From Lentisphaerota bacterium (lineage in GTDB: Bacteria > Verrucomicrobiota > Lentisphaeria > Victivallales > Victivallaceae), in assembly GCA_015061525.1 (NCBI GenBank), contig SUWK01000003.1, positions 18,395-82,394 on the forward strand: a stretch of 64,000 nucleotides of DNA. The letters run 5' to 3'. Below are positions 17,709 through 26,700 of this stretch, in pieces (the stretch's first letter is position 1; each line of letters starts with the position of its first letter). The translations under genes were made by a program, and so were the position numbers. The notes under the pieces are model-generated. The model saw nothing but the letters and a program-made list of their open reading frames with translations, was not told where the DNA came from and made no database searches.

Positions 17709-17737
17709 TTGAAAAAATATTGGCAGAACGTTATATT
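17709..17737 (+). promoter_or_regulatory. sigma70-like promoter candidate for the T1SS operon
   Basis: TTGAAA, 17-nt spacer, TATATT. Lies 56 nt upstream of the ABC gene start. Confidence 0.4.
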
Positions 17738-17792
17738 AAAACATTGAATTATGTTTTGAACACTTGAAGTTTTTTGGTTTCAGATTTTTTTA

Positions 17793-20342
17793 ATGGATAA
17801 TATACAGCGCAGCGGACTTGATTGTCTCAAAGAATTATTGAAGCAGATGCATCTCAACCCGGATTGGGATGGTATCGTTACTCCGGAAATACTGGCCTTG
17901 TACGACCGGGATTCAGTGAATGCTCTGCTTAAAGTCGGCGATGCCATGGAGTATCAGCCCAGCCGGGTTCAGCTTTCAGAGTTGAAAAATTATTCCGGTC
18001 CGGCACTGGCACTGCTCAAAAACAATCACTATGTGGTCGTGGTCAATACTGCGCAGCTCGCCGGAGATAAGGTGGGACTTTTCAACCCCAGAGGTAATAA
18101 CGGTCCTGCCACGGTGATGCTCAATAAAGAGCAGTTCCTGCAGATCGCCGAAGGGACGCTGATCACCTTTTCCAACTTGCGCGACTTCGATTCCCGCCGC
18201 CACTCGTCAGTTTATGCGGTCGTTTCAGTTGCCAATCATCACCGGCTCAATCTGAATTGCCGCCGGATAATGCACGACTATGCCGTTTCCAGCGATGAAT
18301 TGACTCCGCGCCAGATCATCCGTATCGGCAACGATAACTCCCTCAAGATCGCCCGGGTGAAAATGCCGTGGAAAGTTTTCAGCGGCATGGGTAAGGCGTT
18401 CCCCGCCATCGCCGTCCGTAAAGACGGCAAACATGTCATTATCTGCGGCTACCGGGATACTCCGGAAGGCGGTCAACTGGCAGTGATCGACCCGAATTCT
18501 CCGCCTCCGCCTCCCGGGGAACGTTTTTTGCTGTGGGATAAGCAGACCTATTTGAATATGTGTTCCGGCGCCGGATACATGATAAAAAGAGTCTACAAAA
18601 TGTTTGACGAAGAGCGGCCATTCGGTCTGCTCTGGTTCGTTCCTGAATTTCTCAAACTCAAGGGAGTTTTCGGTCATATCGCGTTTGCGGTGCTGATGAT
18701 AAATGTAGTGGCACTGGTGATGCCGCTCTTCTTCCAGATCATTGTGGATAAAGTGCTGGTCAGCCAGAGTTACAATACTTTGAATGTTTTGATCGTGGCG
18801 ATTTGCGTGATACTGATATTCAACGGGATCATGGAGTATTTGCGCGGGTATCTGCTGCTTTTTGCCACCAATAAAATAGATATTGCCACGGCGACCAAAG
18901 TCTTTGACAAACTTATGAAATTGCCGATAGACTTTTTTGACCGGGTTCCTTCCGGAGTGCTGCTCAAACACATGCAGCAGACAGAGAAGATCCGCGGGTT
19001 CCTTTCCGGCAGTCTGTTTTTCACCATTCTGGAGATGACCAGCTTGTTCATTTTTGTACCGTTCCTTTTGATGTACAGTGTGAAACTCACCTGCGTGGTA
19101 CTGGCTTTTGCTGCGGCGATGGCGGTGGTTATCGGGGTTTTGATCAAGCCGTTCCAGCGGAGACTGCAGGATCTTTACGCTGCTGAGGGTAAACGCCAGA
19201 GTATGCTGGTGGAGTCCATTCAGGGTATGCGTACGGTGAAAAGTCTCTCTCTGGAACCGGTTCAGAAAGAGGCATGGGCGGATACGACCGCGTTTACTGT
19301 CAATGCGTATTTCCGGGTCGGTAAAATTTCCATCACAGCCAAGACGTTAAGTCAATATCTGGAGATGATGATGAATGTTACTGTCATCGGTTTGGGTACG
19401 ATGTCGGTATTTGACGGCACGATGTCGGTCGGCGCATTGATCGCGTTTCAGATGATCTCCGGCAGGGTCACAGGACCTCTGGTGAAACTGGTCAGTCTGG
19501 TTCACGAATATCAGCAGATATCCATATCCATACAGATGCTCGGCAATGTGATGAACACCCGTCCGGAACATGCCGGCGGCGGCGTCCGTACTCCGTTCCG
19601 CGGTCAGATTGCCTTTGACCATGTGAATTTCCGCTATACTCCGGATGGGCCGATGATCATTCGCGATCTTTCATTCACCATTGAACCGGGGCAGGTTATC
19701 GGTATCGTCGGGCGTTCCGGTTCGGGAAAGACGACTTTGACCAAACTGCTGCAGGGATTGTATCCGGTTATGAGCGGTCTGGTGAAGATCGACGGTATTG
19801 ATATCCGTGAGATCGACAAGGTGCATTTGCGCAACAGCATCGGTGTGGTGCTGCAGGAAAATTACTTTTTCAGCGGTACGGTACGTGAGAACTTGAGTCT
19901 GACCAAGCGTCACGCAACGCTGGATGAGATCATTGCCGTAACCCGTCTTGCCGGTGCCGATGAATTTGTGCAGAATCTTCCTAAAGGTTACGATACCATG
20001 CTTGAAGAGAACGCCTCCAACCTTTCCGGCGGTCAGAAACAGCGTCTGGCGATCGCCCGTGCGCTGCTGACCAATCCGCGTATTCTGATTTTTGATGAGG
20101 CGACAAGTGCGCTTGATCCGGAAAGCGAAAATGTCATTCAGGAGAATTTGCCCCGAATCGCTTCGGGAAGAACGGTGCTGATCATTTCGCACCGGTTGTC
20201 CATTGTCAGCGGCGCAGATAAGACTATCGTATTGAATAAAGGTGAGTTGGATGATTTTGCTCCGCACCGTGAGCTTTTGAGCCGTCCCGGGATCTATAAG
20301 GACTTCTGGAGTCAGCAGATGGAAAGGAATATCAACCGATGA
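17793..20342 (+). CDS. type I secretion ABC transporter (HlyB family) with two N-terminal C39-like domains
   Basis: Walker A GRSGSGKTT, signature LSGGQKQR, Walker B ILIFDEATSALD, six-TM core. About 285 aa precede the TM domain and align twice to the HlyB C39-like domain pattern. Confidence 0.9.
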   Translation: MDNIQRSGLDCLKELLKQMHLNPDWDGIVTPEILALYDRDSVNALLKVGDAMEYQPSRVQLSELKNYSGPALALLKNNHYVVVVNTAQLAGDKVGLFNPRGNNGPATVMLNKEQFLQIAEGTLITFSNLRDFDSRRHSSVYAVVSVANHHRLNLNCRRIMHDYAVSSDELTPRQIIRIGNDNSLKIARVKMPWKVFSGMGKAFPAIAVRKDGKHVIICGYRDTPEGGQLAVIDPNSPPPPPGERFLLWDKQTYLNMCSGAGYMIKRVYKMFDEERPFGLLWFVPEFLKLKGVFGHIAFAVLMINVVALVMPLFFQIIVDKVLVSQSYNTLNVLIVAICVILIFNGIMEYLRGYLLLFATNKIDIATATKVFDKLMKLPIDFFDRVPSGVLLKHMQQTEKIRGFLSGSLFFTILEMTSLFIFVPFLLMYSVKLTCVVLAFAAAMAVVIGVLIKPFQRRLQDLYAAEGKRQSMLVESIQGMRTVKSLSLEPVQKEAWADTTAFTVNAYFRVGKISITAKTLSQYLEMMMNVTVIGLGTMSVFDGTMSVGALIAFQMISGRVTGPLVKLVSLVHEYQQISISIQMLGNVMNTRPEHAGGGVRTPFRGQIAFDHVNFRYTPDGPMIIRDLSFTIEPGQVIGIVGRSGSGKTTLTKLLQGLYPVMSGLVKIDGIDIREIDKVHLRNSIGVVLQENYFFSGTVRENLSLTKRHATLDEIIAVTRLAGADEFVQNLPKGYDTMLEENASNLSGGQKQRLAIARALLTNPRILIFDEATSALDPESENVIQENLPRIASGRTVLIISHRLSIVSGADKTIVLNKGELDDFAPHRELLSRPGIYKDFWSQQMERNINR

Positions 20343-21775
20343 GCAGAAAAGAAAAACTCAACAACGTGGCAGTGGATTTTCAGCCTGATGCTGTGGAAAT
20401 CGCCATGCGTCCGGTTCCGTTCGCTGCTAAATTGGGGGTGTGGATCGGGGTCGTGTTCTTTTTCGGTTCGCTGATAGCATCGTATTTCTGCAGAGTGGAT
20501 GTGATCGTGGACTGCAAAGGCAAATTGGTATCGGTGAATCAGAATATCGTGATGAAACCGCTTGACCGTACTGTGATCAAAAGTATAGATGTCCATGTCG
20601 GCGATGTGGTCAAAGAGGGACAGCTGCTCATGACTTTCGACCCAACGATCAATAAAGCCGAAGAGGAACGTCTCACCAGCGAGTATAAGAGCATCAAAGC
20701 GCAGTATGAGCGGTGGCATGCCGAGTATATCGGTAAAGAGTATGATCCGGGGATCCGCTGGATCTGTACGCAATGCAGTTTTGATATTTCCGGAACCGCT
20801 GCTCCGGATATCTGCCCTGCCTGCCGGAAATCGGAGGATTTCCGCATGGAATCCAGCAAAGACGAACGGCATCAGCGGGATATTTTTCTGAAACGGCAGC
20901 TTTACTATCAGGAAAAGATCCGTTATTTTGATGAGTCGATCCGCCAGATCGAAACCAATATCGCTGCCACACGCGACCAGCTTGCCAAACAGCGCGAACG
21001 GCTCGGCAACATGAAAGAACTGGTGGAAATGCAGGAAAAACTTGCCAAAAACAAAGCCGGTACCAAGGTCGAATTGCTCCAATACCGTTTGAGTTATCAG
21101 CAGCAGGAAGCGGAAATTTCCAAACTGGAAAACTCTCTTCGCGAGGGCAGTCATCAGATAGAATCCAACAAAGCGCAGAAACAAACCTTTGTCAACGAGT
21201 GGAAAAAGGATGTGGTGGAGAATCTTGTCGCTGCCGAGCAGTCACAGACCACCATCAAGAAAAGTCTGGATAAAGTTCTGCAGCTCAATCAGTATATTCT
21301 GCTGCGCGCGCCTTGTGATGCTATCGTGCATGAGATCGCCAACTTCCCGGTCGGTTCTGCTGTGCGCGAAGCGGAAGCCCTCATCACGCTGGTACCGATC
21401 AACTGTGAGATCGAAGTCGAGGCGGAGATACCCTCGCAGGATATCGGTAAAGTAAAAAGCGATTTCCCGGTGCGTATCAAACTTAACGCTTTTCCCTTTC
21501 AGAAACACGGTACATTATCCGGCAAAATCCGCACGATCAGTGAAGATACCTTTCAGAAGCAGGCAAATGAGATGGAGATGGATTCCGCCCGTACCTACTA
21601 CCGTTCACGGGTAAAACTTGATCCGGAAAGCAAATTGCGCAATGTCCACGGCAATTTCCGGTTGATCCCCGGTATGGAAGTGCAGGCGGAGATCAAAGTC
21701 GGAACCCGCAGTGTGCTTGAATATGTTGTTCACCCGCTGATCAAATCGCTGGATGAGGCGATCAGAGAACCATAA
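20339..21775 (+). CDS. HlyD-family type I secretion membrane fusion protein
   Basis: ATGA overlap with the ABC gene. N-terminal TM, long coiled coil, LRAPCDAIV lipoyl motif, and a C-terminal RSVLEYVVHPL tail typical of HlyD. Confidence 0.9.
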   Translation: MSRKEKLNNVAVDFQPDAVEIAMRPVPFAAKLGVWIGVVFFFGSLIASYFCRVDVIVDCKGKLVSVNQNIVMKPLDRTVIKSIDVHVGDVVKEGQLLMTFDPTINKAEEERLTSEYKSIKAQYERWHAEYIGKEYDPGIRWICTQCSFDISGTAAPDICPACRKSEDFRMESSKDERHQRDIFLKRQLYYQEKIRYFDESIRQIETNIAATRDQLAKQRERLGNMKELVEMQEKLAKNKAGTKVELLQYRLSYQQQEAEISKLENSLREGSHQIESNKAQKQTFVNEWKKDVVENLVAAEQSQTTIKKSLDKVLQLNQYILLRAPCDAIVHEIANFPVGSAVREAEALITLVPINCEIEVEAEIPSQDIGKVKSDFPVRIKLNAFPFQKHGTLSGKIRTISEDTFQKQANEMEMDSARTYYRSRVKLDPESKLRNVHGNFRLIPGMEVQAEIKVGTRSVLEYVVHPLIKSLDEAIREP

Positions 21776-21815
21776 AGTTTTTCCAAACAACTATATATCA
21801 TAAAGGAGCAGAAAA

Positions 21816-23765
21816 ATGAAAATCAGTCAGCAGTTGTTAACCGCCGTGATCGGCATGGGTGTCCTCGTTCTTGCCGGATGCAAATCGTTCGATGACTATC
21901 AGGCAGAGCGTCTTGCCAAAACTGTAGCTCACTTTGAAAAAGCGAAGTACAGCAACATCCCTGAAGGCAAAGTTTTGACGCTCAATGAGTGTTTTGCTCT
22001 GGCGCGGGCAAACAATCTTGATCTGAAAGTTGCCGGTCTTGAGGAGAAAGTTTCCAAAGAAATGCGTACTTTTGAGATCCTCGGTATGCTTCCGGAACTC
22101 AATATTTCCAACAATCTTAATCATCGTGACAATACTCCGGCGTCCAGCAGCCGTCAGCTGCAGGGATACGGTCCCGGAACATACTCCTACAGCCAGAGTC
22201 AGGATCGTACGGTCAACTATCTGAATATCGATCTTGCTTTGAGCGTGGTGGACTTCGGTCTGGCGTTTTTCAACACCTGTCAGGCGAATGACCGGATGCT
22301 GCTGCGTCAGCAGTATACCCGCCGTGCGGAACAGAATCTGGTGCTGGACACTGTCCGGGTATACTTCCAGGTTGCTGCTTCCCAACGGGCGATCAGCATC
22401 ACCAAAAAACTGCTTGAAGAGTGCAAAAACCGTTATCAGCTTATCGAAAAAATGGGAGCAGCCGGTGAGATCACCCCATTCCGTGCATTTGACGAAGCAA
22501 AACGTTTTGTGGAGATGGAAAAACGCCTGACCAACTATATCCGTTCCTATGAGAACAGCTGTGTTGAACTGCGTTCTCTGCTCGGTCTTTATCCCAATGC
22601 CAAAATCAAAGTTGATGATACTCTGCTGGATAAGATTCCGGATTTCACCTTCCCCGAAATGGAACTTATGGAGCAGATCGCTCTGATGAAACGCCCGGAA
22701 CTTTTTGAGATCGACATGCAGAAGCACATCAACGTTCTTGAGTGCCGCAAGACGATCGTATCCATGTTCCCCAACGTGCGGATGTTTATTGATTTTACCA
22801 ACAGCAACAACAGTTTCCTCTATCATAACAGCTGGATTGAACTTGGCATTCGTGCTGCATATAATCTGTTGACTCTGCCGCGGCAGATCTCCCGTTATAT
22901 GGCGTTCAGCGCGCAGGTCGATGCGGAAGAGTACCGCAGTTATGCCCAGGCGATCGCAGTTATGGCGCAGGTGCGTATCGCCCACGGAAATCTGGTGGCG
23001 ACCAGAGAGCGTTTGGATATTGATCTGCGTGCCAACAATGTTTACCGCAAACACCTTGCCAAAGCTGAAGAAAGCAGTAAGATTTCCGGTGAATTGTCCC
23101 AGTTGGAGTTGGCGCACATGCGTCTTGCAACGGCGGAAACTGAGATCGAAAAGTATCTTTCCATCGGTAACTACTATGTTTCCTATTACCGGGTGCTGAA
23201 TACTCTGGGTATTGAAAATCTTCACAAGGTCACCGTGGATGAGTTGAAAGCAAAACTTGCTTCTGAACGCAGCCGCGCCGCTGAAGAGCTCGCTGCTGCC
23301 AAAGCGGAATTTGAAAACAGTAAAAAAGAAAAAGTTGCCGAAAAAGCTCCTGCGGCCCCGGTTGCCAAACCCGCTGTGAAATCTCCTGCGGCCCCGGTTG
23401 CCAAACCTGCCGTGAAAGCTCCTGCGGCCCCGGTTGCCAAACCCGCCGTGAAAGCTCCTGCGGCCCCGGCAGTCAAACCCGCCGTGAAATCTCCTGCGGC
23501 CCCGGCAGTCAAACCTGCCGTGAAATCTCCTGCGGCCCCGGCGGTCAAACCCGCTGTAAAAGCTCCTGCGGTCCCGGTTGCCAAACCCGCCGTGAAAGCT
23601 CCTGCGGCCCCGGTTGCCAAACCCGCCGTGAAAGCTCCTGCGGCCCCGGTTGTCAAACCTGCCGTGAAGGCTCCTGCGGTCAAAGTTGCAGAGAAAGCGT
23701 CTGTGAAAAACGATCCCAATGTTCCGGTGATTCCGGTCGATCCCACGGTGAAGTCTGTCAAGTGA
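21816..23765 (+). CDS. TolC-family outer membrane factor lipoprotein with a C-terminal Pro/Ala/Lys repeat tail
   Basis: RBS AAAGGAGCAG, lipobox VLAGC and two OEP-like helical repeats. The last ~130 aa are repeats. Confidence 0.85.
   Translation: MKISQQLLTAVIGMGVLVLAGCKSFDDYQAERLAKTVAHFEKAKYSNIPEGKVLTLNECFALARANNLDLKVAGLEEKVSKEMRTFEILGMLPELNISNNLNHRDNTPASSSRQLQGYGPGTYSYSQSQDRTVNYLNIDLALSVVDFGLAFFNTCQANDRMLLRQQYTRRAEQNLVLDTVRVYFQVAASQRAISITKKLLEECKNRYQLIEKMGAAGEITPFRAFDEAKRFVEMEKRLTNYIRSYENSCVELRSLLGLYPNAKIKVDDTLLDKIPDFTFPEMELMEQIALMKRPELFEIDMQKHINVLECRKTIVSMFPNVRMFIDFTNSNNSFLYHNSWIELGIRAAYNLLTLPRQISRYMAFSAQVDAEEYRSYAQAIAVMAQVRIAHGNLVATRERLDIDLRANNVYRKHLAKAEESSKISGELSQLELAHMRLATAETEIEKYLSIGNYYVSYYRVLNTLGIENLHKVTVDELKAKLASERSRAAEELAAAKAEFENSKKEKVAEKAPAAPVAKPAVKSPAAPVAKPAVKAPAAPVAKPAVKAPAAPAVKPAVKSPAAPAVKPAVKSPAAPAVKPAVKAPAVPVAKPAVKAPAAPVAKPAVKAPAAPVVKPAVKAPAVKVAEKASVKNDPNVPVIPVDPTVKSVK
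23346..23669 (+). repeat. nine tandem 36-nt (12-aa) in-frame repeats, consensus (A/S)PAAPVAKPAVK
   Basis: Read directly from the sequence. The copies differ by a few substitutions. Confidence 0.9.
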
Positions 23766-23780
23766 GGAGTTCATTGAGTT

Positions 23781-26700
23781 ATGAAAGAACTTGAAATATT
23801 CAAACTTGAGGATCGCGTGCTGTTTGAAGCAGCAGCGGCGGCAGAGATCATCGACGCCGCAGATGCATCGCAGTACGATCCCAATGCTGCGGTCAGTGAA
23901 AACGACCGTCAGGCGCAAATGGAGCGGGATGCCCTGAAAAATGCTCCTCCGGAAAATCCGGCAGATGTCGTTACGGAAATGACACAGAATGTTTCTCCGG
24001 AAGATATTGCCGGTGTGAATGCTGAAATCGATGCTCTGATCAACGGCGGAATGCCTGCTGCCAAAGAATTGGTGATCATCAACGGTTCTGTCGTTGATAA
24101 GGATGCCGTCATTGACAGTTTGCAGCCGGGACAGGATGTGTTGGTTTTGCAGAATGGTACCGGTCTGGCGGAAATCAATGAATATTTGGATCAAAGCGGT
24201 ACGGAATATTCCGCCATCCATTTGCTCACTCACGGCAATGAAGGGTACATTTCAGTCAATGGTGAACGCATTGATTCGGGAAATTTTGATGCTGAAGCGT
24301 GGCAGGAGATCGGTGAACATCTTACTGAAAATGGTGATATCCTGCTCTACTCATGCAATACTGCTTCCGGTGTCGCCGGCAAAGCTCTGGTCAATATGAT
24401 TTCCGATGCCAGCGGCGCGGATGTGGCAGCGAGCTGTGATATTAGTGGAATATCAGGCAACTGGGTTCTGGAATATAATTCCGGGATCGTTGAAACCGGA
24501 GAAGTCGGAGTTGACGGATTCACCCACAATCTGACCAGTTATACCGTCGATACAGCAGAAGATACTGTCGATGATACCGATGGTGTCACCAGTTTGCGCG
24601 AAGCGATCGAAGCTGCCAATGCCAATGACGGTCAGGATGAGATCATCTTTGATTCCGCACTGAACGGGCAGATCATCAAACTGGATAATGGCGTGCTGGA
24701 TATTGAAGAGTCGCTTACGATCATCGGCAATGGTACGGTCAATACCATCATCGACGGTCAGGGCAGTGATTCAATATTCAGTGTCAGTACTTTTGATGAC
24801 ATTCAGCTTGAGATCGCCGGGGTGACTTTGCAGAATGGTTCTGCCGGCGGTAACGGCGGCGCGATAGATATTACCGCCATCGGTGATGTTTCATTGAGTC
24901 TGGAAAATGTTACCATTACCGGCAGTGAAGCTCTCTACGGCAATGGCGGAGCGGTCAGTATTTATGCGCACGGTGCGGTGGAGCTGGATATAGTTAACTC
25001 CACTGTTACCGGCAACTACGCGCTGGATGATGGCGGAGCGGTTTATCTGCAGGCAGATTCTTTCACCGTTAATGTGGTCAACTCCACTGTTACCGGCAAC
25101 AGCAGTAATTCGCTCAATACCCATACCGGTGCCGGACTTTATTTGCAGCACAGTGAAAATTCCACGCTGAACATTCTCAACAGTATCGTCTACGGCAATA
25201 CCAATACCGCTTCCGGCAGTGCTGCTGATATTTATGTTGACAATCAGGCGGATACCGAAGTGGCACTGAATGTGATCCATTCAATTTACGGTGAGATCAC
25301 CGATGGTGCCGACGGGGAAACATTTGAACCTGCTGTCACGACCGGTTCAACGCAGCTGGATTACTCAAGTGACAATACCCTGCGGGTATTCGGAACAAAT
25401 TCTCCGCGTTTACAAAATGGTGTCATTCAGGTGAACAATCAGGATATTGCCGGGTACTCCGGTACATTGACAGCCAGAGACAATGGCGGGGAGTACCTTT
25501 TCTTCGATCACTCCGGCAGTTGGAAAGATCTTGGGGGCAACTCCGTTTCCGCACCCTATGCCACGGATATCATCATTGACGATCAGACCGGCAGTCACCG
25601 GGCATCCGCAAAAGAAATTCTGGGTGTGAATGAGTTTTTTGTCGGAGCTGTTTCCGGAAAGGTTTATCTTGACGTGGCTCCGCAAAGTGCATCGTACAAA
25701 TATGACGGTGAGGTAAAGACCGCAGAGGTGGTGTACACCACAGCCAAAGGTACGGTGATCACTCCGGCTGCAGTCGCTGCTTTCAATACGGTGATCTCCA
25801 CCGCCGGAATAACCACATCTTCAAAAGATGTCGGGGTCTACAAATTTGATTCCGTTACCACGGCGATCACTCATAACGGCAGCGATGTCACCGGTAAATT
25901 TGATTTGGATATCGATCAGAACGCATCCATCGAAATCACCAAACGTGCCGTTTCTCTGATTTCAGATGGTGATTACAAGGTCTACGACGGTACGGCATTG
26001 ACCAACAGTACCGTTACTGTCGGCGGTGATGGGTTCGCGGCCGGTGAGGGTGCGGTATTTACCGTTACGGGTACACAGACCAATGCCGGAACCAGTTTGA
26101 ATACCTTTACTTATACGCTGAATGCCGGAACACTTGCCGGAAACTATGATATTTCCACGTATTTCGGTACGTTGGAAGTCGGTAAACGTTCAGTTACTGT
26201 AACTGCAGAGCCCATGCAGCACATGACTTACGGTGATGCGGTTCCGGTATTTACCTATACTGCGTTGAATGTGGTGACGGGGGAAACGCTTGCCGGTGAA
26301 CTGCAGCTGATCTCTCCGGAATTCAGTTCCTCCGGTAATCTGGCGGCAGGAACGTATGTCATCGGGCAGGGAACGTTGACCAATGCCAACAATGCCAACT
26401 ACGACATTGAGTACCGGGGGGCGAATTTCCAGGTCAATACCCTTGATCTTGAGGTGAGCTTCACGGTTGCCGATAAAATTTATGACGGCAATGATACCGC
26501 CACTCTTACCGGCGCTGTTGCCGGTAACATGGTTTCCGGAGATGATCTGAGTGTTGATGTGAGCGGCGCGGATGCTCATTTTGCCGACAAAAATGCGGGG
26601 AACGGCAAAGTCGTCACCGTGTATGACGGATTGTCTTTGCTTGGAGCTGATGCCGGGAACTACAATCTGGTTTACAACTACACCGGAACCGGCAATATCA

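Noticed and set aside
18225-21184. Minus-strand ORFs of 248 aa (18225-18971), 198 aa (19671-20267) and 290 aa (20312-21184)
   Set aside because: They are antisense to the ABC transporter and HlyD genes, whose Walker and signature motifs fix the coding strand.
23346-23669. A regular 36-nt repeat array that could superficially resemble a CRISPR array
   Set aside because: The repeats are directly adjacent with no spacers, in frame, and translate to a coherent Pro/Ala/Lys repeat inside the TolC-like CDS. No cas genes are present.
21837-24233. 798-aa minus-strand ORF, the longest ORF on that strand in the region
   Set aside because: It lies entirely antisense to the TolC-like gene and the adhesin start, both of which have clear family motifs. 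Its sequence is Arg/Phe/His-rich low complexity, and its GGFGNRGRRSFH repeats simply mirror the sense-strand PAAPVAKPAVK repeats. It has no RBS.
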